From contig JAZORZ010000071.1 of the NCBI GenBank assembly GCA_045656885.1, positions 2,509 through 66,508 of the forward strand: a DNA stretch of 64,000 nt. The letters are read 5' to 3'. The notes under the pieces are model-generated. The model worked only from the letters and a program-made list of their open reading frames with translations, did no database searches and was not told the DNA's origin. The position numbers were made by a program, and so were the translations under genes. Positions 1-7,543 of this stretch are shown piece after piece (the stretch's first letter is position 1; every line of letters begins with the position of its first letter). The stretch is from Eubacteriales bacterium. Its GTDB lineage: Bacteria > Bacillota > Clostridia > Oscillospirales > CAG-272.

Positions 1-2197
1 TGGCGGGGGTGTAGATGCCGTCACTGTAATACCCTTGGTCAAGAAGCCCATGGAAGAAATAGGGCTTGCCGTTCAGGCACAGTCGCGGCTTGCCCGCAAC
101 CATCTTGGATTCGATGGTACGCAGAGCAAAATAAGAGTCGATTTTATCGTCTCCGTCCGCAAGGGTAAAGGTGTAAAGGTGAGGGTTTTCGGGAGACCAG
201 AGAATGGGATCTTTCACCTCGATCTCAATACGGTTTCCCTCGTAGGTGTAAATCTTATCGCCCTCGGGCAGGTGGAGTGTGAGCGTTTTTTGCGCGTTGC
301 CGCCCAAGGTTTCAACCGTTACAGAGGACAGCGTGGGCGTAACGTAGAGCGAGGAGATATAATGCTCGGGAACGCTCTCAAGCCACACCGCTTGCCAAAT
401 GCCGCTGATGGGTGTGTACCACATTCCGCCGCGCTTTTTGCGCTGCTTTCCGTATGCAAGCTGAATATCCAGCTCGTCGGTCACGCGCACGCGCAGGGTG
501 TTGCTTCCCGTCTTTGCGGCGGCGGTAACGTCAAAGGTAAAGGGCAGATATCCACCCTCGTGCTTGCCAAGATAGGTGTCATTGAGCCACACCTCGGCAA
601 TTTGGTCGACCGCGCCAAAATGCAAAAGGATTTTTTCTTTCGTAAAATCGGAAGAAAGGTTGAAGTTTTTTTCGTAGACGTATTTTTCTTTCTTTTCAAG
701 GGTTCGATTCACACCCGAAAGCCGTGTTTCGGGAGAAAACGGAACGGTGATATTTGAAAGAGGTGTTACAACTCCTTTTTTCTCAACACTCAAATTCCAA
801 ACGCCGCAAAGGGAAAGATAGGAGTCGCGCTTCATTTGCGGGCGAGGATACTCCCTCTCCCACTCGTCTCCCTTTGCGGCTATCTCAAAAGGGGTTTTCA
901 GGTCAACGGTACGAGCCGGCTTTTTGGGGCGCAGAACAAGCAGCAGAACCGTCAGTACCGCCGCTACAACGAGCGCCGCCAAGAAAATGTTTTGGTTGGG
1001 CAGGAAGGAGAATGTTCCGTCGTTGTTGGGAACAAGCTCGGCATTGCGAAGAACCCAGCTACCGATCTTAGGACCGATAACGCCGGGAACGAGCACCTGC
1101 GCACAGATGCGCACGCCTTGCAGCATGCCCGCTTTGCCGTCGGGGGTGAGGTCACGGATCTTTGCGCCAAACACTGCCATACCGCAAAGGTAGCCGCACA
1201 TCATAAAGAGCGAGCCGACAAACACAAGGGCTGTTTCTTTGAAGAAGTACAAAAGAACGTAACCGAGCATTAAGGATGCGATTGCGATAAAGCCCGAAAA
1301 ATCAAAACCCTTTTTGTCATATACCTTGCCCCAAAGCGCGGTTGCAACCGATGCCAGAATGATGGCACGTGCCATAATAAAGACGTAATCTGCCATGCCC
1401 AAAGACTTCTCATAATAAATAATGAGGTAGGGCATAAAGATTTGAATGGAAATGTTAAAAAGGATAAACGCGGCAAGATAGAAATACAAAGATCCGTTGC
1501 CCTTTACAGTTGAAGGGCGGAAGCCGTAAATGATGTTTTGGAAATATCCCGTTTCGGATTTGACACACTTAACGGGGTCTTTGATGAGGAAAATGCCAAG
1601 AATACCAATGGCAATAACAACAACACCAATGATAGCAAAGATCCAAGTCCAGCTATCGGCTTTGGTCAGATCAAAGAACATAAAGCCGCCAAACACAACG
1701 AGAATGGCAACCAGCGGCATCATAGAGTTGATGCCCTCGGCAGCACCGCGGTTGGTGCTATCGGTGCTATCGGTCAACCATGCATTAAATGCCGCATCGT
1801 TGGCGGAAGAGCCGAAAAAGGTCATTAAGCAATCGAAAATGATTACAAGAGACACCGCAACGGCAGAGGAGCTAACGGTCAGCCACGCGCCTGTGTTGGC
1901 TTGGTCAACGCGAATAAAGCAAAAACCGAGAATAGAAATACCCCAGAGGATATAACCCGCGCACATAAAGAGCTTGCGCTTGCCTGCGCGGTCGGAGAGC
2001 GCACCGATGAGAATTGTGGTCAAGGCGGCAGAGATAGCACTTGCCGCAACCATGGTGGAAATGTCGTCGGCGGTCGCGTTGAACATGTTGTAGATGAACA
2101 CGTTGAGATACATATTCTCCACAACCCACGCCACCTGGCCGATCAAGCTGAACAAGGTCAGCGCACACCAAAAACGGGGGGAAAGCTTGGTTTTCAT
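1..2197 (-). CDS. MFS-type permease fused in frame to a GH2 glycoside hydrolase; C-terminus lies beyond the window start
   Basis: Absent from the ORF track because it has no in-window stop. Read codon by codon on the minus strand from ATG 2197-2195 (GGAGGA just upstream, in-frame TAG upstream) to position 2: no stop. N-terminal ~430 aa: MKTKLSPRFWCALTLFSLIGQVAWVVENMYLNVF..GALSDRAGKRK (MFS motif A) plus many hydrophobic spans. It continues ..RPKKPARTVDLKTPFEIAAKGDEWEREYPRPQMKRDSYLSLCGVWNL..HFGAVDQIAEVWLNDTYLGKHEGGYLPFTFDVT..ILWSPENPHLYTF, the GH2 sugar-binding N-domain pattern. Confidence 0.8.
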   Translation of the reverse strand, partial: MKTKLSPRFWCALTLFSLIGQVAWVVENMYLNVFIYNMFNATADDISTMVAASAISAALTTILIGALSDRAGKRKLFMCAGYILWGISILGFCFIRVDQANTGAWLTVSSSAVAVSLVIIFDCLMTFFGSSANDAAFNAWLTDSTDSTNRGAAEGINSMMPLVAILVVFGGFMFFDLTKADSWTWIFAIIGVVVIAIGILGIFLIKDPVKCVKSETGYFQNIIYGFRPSTVKGNGSLYFYLAAFILFNISIQIFMPYLIIYYEKSLGMADYVFIMARAIILASVATALWGKVYDKKGFDFSGFIAIASLMLGYVLLYFFKETALVFVGSLFMMCGYLCGMAVFGAKIRDLTPDGKAGMLQGVRICAQVLVPGVIGPKIGSWVLRNAELVPNNDGTFSFLPNQNIFLAALVVAAVLTVLLLVLRPKKPARTVDLKTPFEIAAKGDEWEREYPRPQMKRDSYLSLCGVWNLSVEKKGVVTPLSNITVPFSPETRLSGVNRTLEKKEKYVYEKNFNLSSDFTKEKILLHFGAVDQIAEVWLNDTYLGKHEGGYLPFTFDVTAAAKTGSNTLRVRVTDELDIQLAYGKQRKKRGGMWYTPISGIWQAVWLESVPEHYISSLYVTPTLSSVTVETLGGNAQKTLTLHLPEGDKIYTYEGNRIEIEVKDPILWSPENPHLYTFTLADGDDKIDSYFALRTIESKMVAGKPRLCLNGKPYFFHGLLDQGYYSDGIYTPA

Positions 2198-2417
2198 AAA
2201 GTCCTCCTATTTATAATAAAATGTCTTCCCTTTCATTATAGCATATTCCCTGCGCGTTTGCAAGAGGGCAGGAAAAAGTGCAGAGTGAAGAATGCAGAGT
2301 TGGGGATTGTTACATCGCATAAAAAGCCACCGAAATTTTAAGCCATATCCCGCTGCGGCTACGCCTTGTGCTCAGAATGACATACAGTGGGGTTGTCGGG
2401 TTGTAATTTTTAAGTGC

Positions 2418-2440
2418 GGGCGACCAATGGTCGCCCCTAC
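2418..2440 (+). repeat. Family-B (REP-like) unit: GGGCGACCA/TGGTCGCCC hairpin followed by CTAC
   Basis: gggcgaccaatggtcgcccctac. Same architecture as the units at 17915-18049 and 53650-53780. Confidence 0.6.
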
Positions 2441-2572
2441 GTTTCTCTTATAATTCTGTACTCCTCTTTGTGTTTCTTTTTCCTTGACAACCCTTTTGAT
2501 TTGTGGTACAATAAAACCGATGACTTGGCGCGGTTGGAAAACCCAAATTTTCGCGCACAAAAGGAGACTATT

Positions 2573-2992
2573 ATGAAACGCAAAACAAACGGATTTCATC
2601 ACCTCGCGCTCAAATGCGTAAACGAAAAACATTTTGATGATACGGTGCATTTTTACCGTGACCTGTTGGGTATGGAAACGGTTCGCACGTGGTACGATGC
2701 AAACAATCATCCCTGCACAATGCTCGACACCGGCTCGGGCGTGCTCGAGATCTTCTCTACCGGAGGGACTCCTTTGCATAGCGCATATAACGGTGTCAGC
2801 GGCGCTCTCAATCACATCGCGTTCGCAGTAGATGATGTGGACGATTGTATCGAGACCGTCCGCGCGTCGGGCTATCTTGTTACCGTAGAGCCGAAGGACA
2901 TTTGTATCCCATCCAACCCCCCCTACCCTGCTCGCATCGGTTTTTGCATCGGTCCCGTAGGCGAGGAAATTGAATTTTTCCAAGAAAAATAA
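2573..2992 (+). CDS. VOC (glyoxalase/bleomycin-resistance fold) family protein
   Basis: ORF 2414..2992 trimmed to ATG 2573, which is preceded by AAGGAG. FHHLALKCVN..FYRDLLGM..LNHIAFAVDD pattern. Confidence 0.7.
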   Translation: MKRKTNGFHHLALKCVNEKHFDDTVHFYRDLLGMETVRTWYDANNHPCTMLDTGSGVLEIFSTGGTPLHSAYNGVSGALNHIAFAVDDVDDCIETVRASGYLVTVEPKDICIPSNPPYPARIGFCIGPVGEEIEFFQEK

Positions 2993-3023
2993 AACAAAAC
3001 AGACAAAATAGAAAGGCACATCT

Positions 3024-3797
3024 ATGCGTATTCTTGCCCTTGGTGACGTTGTTGGACACGTTGCCATCGATTATCTCGCCGACAAGCTTTGGGCGTTCCG
3101 CTCGAAGGAAAAAATTGATTTTTGCGTTGCAAACGGAGAGAACGCCACCGAAATTCGCGGTATTTCCGCCGCCGATGCCGAGTCTCTCCTCGATACGGGC
3201 GTTGACCTCATTACGCTTGGCAACCACGCCTTTGGCATGCGTGACATTTATTCCTATCTCGATGCCAACGATGGGCGCATCATTCGCCCCGCAAACTACC
3301 CCACCGACGCGCCCGGCGTTGGTTACACAATTTGCGATGTGAACGGTTGGCGTGTGCTTTGCATCAACGTAAGCGGCAGAGTTTACCTCGATCCGCTTGC
3401 CTCTCCCTTCGATACCGTCGACCGCATTCTCGAACGCGAGAACGGTCGCTATGACCTCGCCTTGCTCGACATTCACGCCGAGGCGACCAGCGAAAAGCTT
3501 GCCATCGGTCGCTATTTCGATGGGCGCATTCAGGTGATGTTCGGCACGCACACCCACGTCCCCACTGCCGACGAGCAGATCCTGCCCCACGGCTCGGGCT
3601 ACATTACCGACCTCGGTATGTGCGGCCCACAGGATGGCATTCTCGGCACCGATGTCGATGCCGTCATTCACCGCTTCCGCACACAAATGCCCACGCGCTT
3701 CTCCGTCGCTTCCGGTGACGTGAAGGCACAAGGCGTCATTTTTGACATTGACGAGAGCGCGAGAAAAGTCCGCAGTGTGAGGAGAATTAGTTTCTAA
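3024..3797 (+). CDS. ymdB: YmdB-type metallophosphoesterase (2',3'-cyclic-nucleotide 2'-phosphodiesterase family)
   Basis: 257 aa. MRILALGDVVG..VANGENA..LGNHAF..GTHTHVPTAD metallophosphoesterase motifs in YmdB order. Confidence 0.8.
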   Translation: MRILALGDVVGHVAIDYLADKLWAFRSKEKIDFCVANGENATEIRGISAADAESLLDTGVDLITLGNHAFGMRDIYSYLDANDGRIIRPANYPTDAPGVGYTICDVNGWRVLCINVSGRVYLDPLASPFDTVDRILERENGRYDLALLDIHAEATSEKLAIGRYFDGRIQVMFGTHTHVPTADEQILPHGSGYITDLGMCGPQDGILGTDVDAVIHRFRTQMPTRFSVASGDVKAQGVIFDIDESARKVRSVRRISF

Positions 3798-3802
3798 AGT
3801 GT

Positions 3803-4030
3803 ATGCGGGGGAAACTTCTTGAGAAGAACAACGCAACGTTCCGTTGCTACGATAATATTTCGCAGGCGAAATATTATGCTCCCCCGCACCCCCTTCAAGA
3901 ACACTCGCACAAATATATCAAAAGAGAATTTCCAGCACACGGACGGACAGTCGGCGCGAGCGCAACGCTCGCTTTTGCTCTCGCGAGCGATTAGGGACCA
4001 CTAACCCTACTCGCTAAGAAAGTTGTTTGG
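3803..4030 (+). repeat. Family-A long intergenic element, copy 1 (GCGGGGGAA..TCCCCCGC hairpin, here with nested inner hairpins, + ACCCCCTTCAAGAAC + linker + two-hairpin module)
   Basis: Starts 6 nt after the ymdB stop. Aligns by eye with 7118-7295, 60649-60828 and the reverse complement of 62278-62460. Confidence 0.8.
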
Positions 4031-4161
4031 TATTGGCTAACGACAAAAAGCAAACAAAACCTTACCGCCGCCCGTGATATGTGAGATAGAAAACCTGTTT
4101 ATTATGGTATGGTTGGTTTTATCCATCAGCCGATCATCTTGTCACAAAGAAAGGGGTTTTT

Positions 4162-5124
4162 ATGGTAAGAAAAATTTTACAGGTCATTTTTACGGCAATA
4201 TTTTGCCTGGATATTGCCGTTGGTGTCATCAGCGCCTTTTCCTATCCTCATGATAACGAGGCATACGAACAGCTACAACCCGAAACATTTACGCACGAGC
4301 CCATCGACTCGGTTTACATCAAGGAAGATTTGCAGCAAATTTACGTTTGCTACAATGCGGCGTCCTATGTCAACGTATATACCGTTGACGGCAAATTTCT
4401 CTGGGCGATCTCAACTCCCGAATTAGGCAACAACACGTATTTTGAAATTTTGGATGACAATCTGGTCGTTTACGATTCGGAAACCGCCTACCTCTACAAC
4501 GCGAAAAACGGTGCTTTTGTTGCCAAACGAAACGCCGAAGAGTTGGAGTTGGCATACTACTTTGACTCCGGCGACGAGTCACTGCCCGAGCCCGCCCCGG
4601 GAGATTTTTGTTTTGATGCACACCAGGTATACAAAATAGAAGCGGACGGCAGCGAAACGGTGCTTGTAAAAAGACCGTTCTGGCACAACCTTGTTGACCC
4701 CGTTTTTTGCATCCCGCTCACCTTTCTCGCGGCTTTGGGCATCGGTATTTTGACCTTTTCAAAAGTGTTTCAAGAATACCGTTTTGTAAAAAGAAAATAT
4801 ACAACAGATAGGCAAGGCGTTGTTGTCGGTCACGCACGTGCAAGATTTATTCAAAAGTATTTTCGCGTAGCATCCATCGTCTACCTGGCGTTTGCGGTTT
4901 TGGATGTTCTTTTAGGCATCTTTCTTGACGGCATCCTCGCCGCTGGTATTATTCCCCTCGCGCTACACTTCATTGTATCCAATGCTGTTTTTGCCAATAT
5001 GATGGAGCGCATTCCCTTGACAGAAGACGAAGAAAAAATTATGAATTTTTGGAGTACCGCGCAATTCGCCTCTTTTTTCATTGCCTTTTTCTCGGTTATG
5101 GTTGCCACAGCGTTTGCCACCTAA
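4162..5124 (+). CDS. hypothetical membrane protein (N-terminal TM, extracytoplasmic region, C-terminal multi-TM block)
   Basis: 320-aa ORF with GAAAGGGG RBS and hydrophobic segments at the N-terminus and in the last ~150 aa. No family recognised. Confidence 0.6.
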   Translation: MVRKILQVIFTAIFCLDIAVGVISAFSYPHDNEAYEQLQPETFTHEPIDSVYIKEDLQQIYVCYNAASYVNVYTVDGKFLWAISTPELGNNTYFEILDDNLVVYDSETAYLYNAKNGAFVAKRNAEELELAYYFDSGDESLPEPAPGDFCFDAHQVYKIEADGSETVLVKRPFWHNLVDPVFCIPLTFLAALGIGILTFSKVFQEYRFVKRKYTTDRQGVVVGHARARFIQKYFRVASIVYLAFAVLDVLLGIFLDGILAAGIIPLALHFIVSNAVFANMMERIPLTEDEEKIMNFWSTAQFASFFIAFFSVMVATAFAT

Positions 5125-5151
5125 AATACTCTTTTATATAAGGAGCTCACT

Positions 5152-7107
5152 ATGAAATACATCCCCTACGTTAATATAAAACAAGGTTCGGCGTCGATCT
5201 GCCGATTTTCCAACGGCAACACGTTGCCGCTGGTGCAACGTCCGTTTGGTATGGCACCCTTCTGCTTGCAATCGGACGCGGGCGGCGGTCGTTGGTTCTT
5301 TCACCCCGACCACCCTTGCACCGAAGGTATCCGGCTGACGCATCAGCCCAGCCCTTGGCTTGGTGAATACGCCACCTTTTTGATGATTCCGCAAAATGAC
5401 GTTATCTCCAACAACGCACCCGGTGCGTGGTCGGGATACCGTCCGCGCGAGTCGGTCTTTCGCCCCGATTACCTCAAGGTGACCTTTTTGCGCTCCAACT
5501 GCACGTTTGAGCTCACCCCCACCGATCGCGGTGGCGCGATTCGTCTCACATTTGGCGATGAACGCCCCTCGGTTCTCTCCTTCCTGCCCGTAACGGGCAA
5601 CTACGCCTACCGTTATGATGCCGACACACACACCCTCATTGGCACAAACGATGCCACGGGCTCGGGTGTTGCGGTCAATTTCAAATCCTATCTTGCGGTC
5701 AAGTTTTTGGGTGATGTGGTAGACGATGAAAAGGTGATTATTCAAAGCGGCAAGCACACCACCAACGTGCACGTACCGCTCAAAAGCAAAACCGTTGAGG
5801 CGCGCATCGGGTTCTCCTACATCAGCGAGGAAATGGCACTTGCCACCATCGAGCGCGAATGCGGTTCTCGTTCCTTTGAGGAGATTCGCGTGGAAAGCGA
5901 GGACGTTTGGGAAGAAAAGCTCTCCCGCGTTGAGGTAACCACCAAGACCGAGGACGAAATGAAGACCTTTTATTCCTGCTTATGGCGTACCTTCCTCTTT
6001 CCGCAAAAGGCATATGAATTAGACGCCAACGGCAATCCCGTGCATTACGTTCCCGCCACGGGCGAAGTCATGCCGGGATACCGTTACACAAACAACGGCT
6101 TTTGGGATACAAGCCGCACGGTATATCCCCTCTTTACCTTGACTGCTCGCGAAGAATTTGCCGAGATGCTTGAGGGCTTTGTAAACGATTACAAAGAGTG
6201 CGGTTGGCTGCCCCGTTGGCTTGGCTTGGGCGAGATCGGTTGTATGCCGAGCACCTTGATCGACAGCGTGATCGCCTGTGCCGCCGTCAACGGCATTGGC
6301 AAAAAAGAAACGCTCGAGGTAGCACTCGAAGGCATGCTCCACCACGCAAACAACGAGAGCGAAAATCCTATCTACGGTCGCAACGGTGCGCTCTCCTATT
6401 GCAAATACGGCTACGTGCCGAGAAACGAGCAGCGCGAGTCTGTCAACCTCACGCTCGATGCCGCCTACGGTGACTGGTGCATCGCAACAGTTGCAAAAAT
6501 TCTCGGCAGAGATGATTTGGTAGACGAATACATGGCACGCTCCAAAAATTATAAAAATCTGTTTGACCCCTCTACCGGCTTTATGCGCGGCCGCGACACC
6601 GACGGCAATATGGCACCGGACTTTGACCCCTGCACGTGGGGCGGTGAATACACCGAGGGCTCCGCTTGGCAAAACTCGATGTTCGTTCCTCACGACATAG
6701 AGGGTCTTGCCGCTCTCTATGGCGGGCGCGAGCAGTTCCTCGCCAAGCTCGACAAGCTCTTTGCAACCCCTCCCCGCTACCGCGTATTCGGCTATGGCAA
6801 CGAGATTCACGAAATGACCGAAATGGCTGCCGCCGACTTTGGTCAGTGCGCTATCTCCAACCAGCCGTCCTTCCATCTGCCCTTCCTCTATGCCGCTCTC
6901 GGTGAACAGGAAAAAACCGACTACTGGGTAACAAAACTCTGCCGCGAGGCCTTCTCATGGCACAACGACGGCTTCCCCGGTGACGAGGACAACGGCACCA
7001 CCGCCGCTTGGTACGTCCTCGCCTCCCTCGGCTTCTATCCCCTCTGCCCAGGCCATAAAGAGATGATTAAGTGCAAGCAACAGGTAAAGAGTTATAAGAT
7101 TAGATAA
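5152..7107 (+). CDS. GH92-family alpha-mannosidase-like glycoside hydrolase, apparently lacking the usual C-terminal segment
   Basis: AAGGAG RBS. GH92-like blocks: NGNTLPLVQRPFGM, GFWDTSRTVYPLFTL, GWLPRWL, GYVPRNEQRESVNLTLDAAYGDWCIA, EGSAWQNSMFVPHD, SNQPSFHLPFLY, FPGDEDNGTTAAWYVLASLGFYPLCPG. The ORF ends 20 aa after the CPG block. Confidence 0.7.
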   Translation: MKYIPYVNIKQGSASICRFSNGNTLPLVQRPFGMAPFCLQSDAGGGRWFFHPDHPCTEGIRLTHQPSPWLGEYATFLMIPQNDVISNNAPGAWSGYRPRESVFRPDYLKVTFLRSNCTFELTPTDRGGAIRLTFGDERPSVLSFLPVTGNYAYRYDADTHTLIGTNDATGSGVAVNFKSYLAVKFLGDVVDDEKVIIQSGKHTTNVHVPLKSKTVEARIGFSYISEEMALATIERECGSRSFEEIRVESEDVWEEKLSRVEVTTKTEDEMKTFYSCLWRTFLFPQKAYELDANGNPVHYVPATGEVMPGYRYTNNGFWDTSRTVYPLFTLTAREEFAEMLEGFVNDYKECGWLPRWLGLGEIGCMPSTLIDSVIACAAVNGIGKKETLEVALEGMLHHANNESENPIYGRNGALSYCKYGYVPRNEQRESVNLTLDAAYGDWCIATVAKILGRDDLVDEYMARSKNYKNLFDPSTGFMRGRDTDGNMAPDFDPCTWGGEYTEGSAWQNSMFVPHDIEGLAALYGGREQFLAKLDKLFATPPRYRVFGYGNEIHEMTEMAAADFGQCAISNQPSFHLPFLYAALGEQEKTDYWVTKLCREAFSWHNDGFPGDEDNGTTAAWYVLASLGFYPLCPGHKEMIKCKQQVKSYKIR

Positions 7108-7117
7108 GGACGCGGTT

Positions 7118-7295
7118 TTGTGGGGGAACTTCTTTCGAGAAGTTCCCCAACACCCCCTCAAGAACTTGCTGACAAGGGGTTTATCAAAAGAAGTCCGCAG
7201 TGCGCCAACGGACGGTCGACGCAAGCGGCACGCTTGCTTTTGCTGCCGCGAGCCGGTGGGCACCACCAAGACCCCGCCGGCTCAGAAAGTTGATT
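7118..7295 (+). repeat. Family-A long intergenic element, copy 2
   Basis: gtgggggaacttctttcgagaagttcccc hairpin + accccctcaagaac + linker + two-hairpin module. Begins 11 nt after the GH92 stop. Confidence 0.8.
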
Positions 7296-7348
7296 AGCCC
7301 AAACCTTCTGTCCATCCGCGCACTGACAAATCTATTTTACTATTTTTT

Positions 7349-7415
7349 GCGAGTGCTTTTTGGAGGGGGTGCGGGGGAACACTTTTTCGCTGAAAAAGGT
7401 TCCCCCGCAAATCCT
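7349..7415 (-). repeat. Family-A short form (hairpin + ACCCCCTCCAAAAAGCACTCGC when read on the minus strand)
   Basis: gcgagtgctttttggagggggtgcgggggaac..gttcccccgc. Downstream of rny on its strand. Confidence 0.75.
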
Positions 7416-7427
7416 TCATAAATACAC

Positions 7428-7466
7428 AAAAGGGAAAAACCGGAATGGTTTTTCCCTTTTGTTTTG
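7428..7466 (-). terminator. rho-independent terminator of rny (bidirectional shape)
   Basis: AAGGGAAAAACC-GGAA-TGGTTTTTCCCTT stem-loop with T-runs on both strands. Confidence 0.7.
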
Positions 7467-7543
7467 CATTTATCGGAAGCCGTTAGGCAATTATTTCATC
7501 ACACTAGAATATATGATAAAATCCGTTTTGGATCGGAGATAAA

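Noticed and set aside
35-1273. Plus-strand ORFs 35-757, 754-1071, 836-1273 and others up to 2341.
   Set aside because: They overlap the continuous minus-strand MFS-GH2 reading frame, which has clear family motifs. The plus-strand translations have none.
3803-4004. Small ORFs inside repeat elements: 3803-3994, 3819-4004, 7200-7421, 7360-7542, 10595-10792, 21014-21454, 24573-24945, 60642-60914, 62206-62460, 17944-18495 and 53672-53911.
   Set aside because: They lie wholly in GC-rich hairpin repeats or antisense to rpsU/rpmF. They have no RBS, and their sequences are explained by the repeat consensus.
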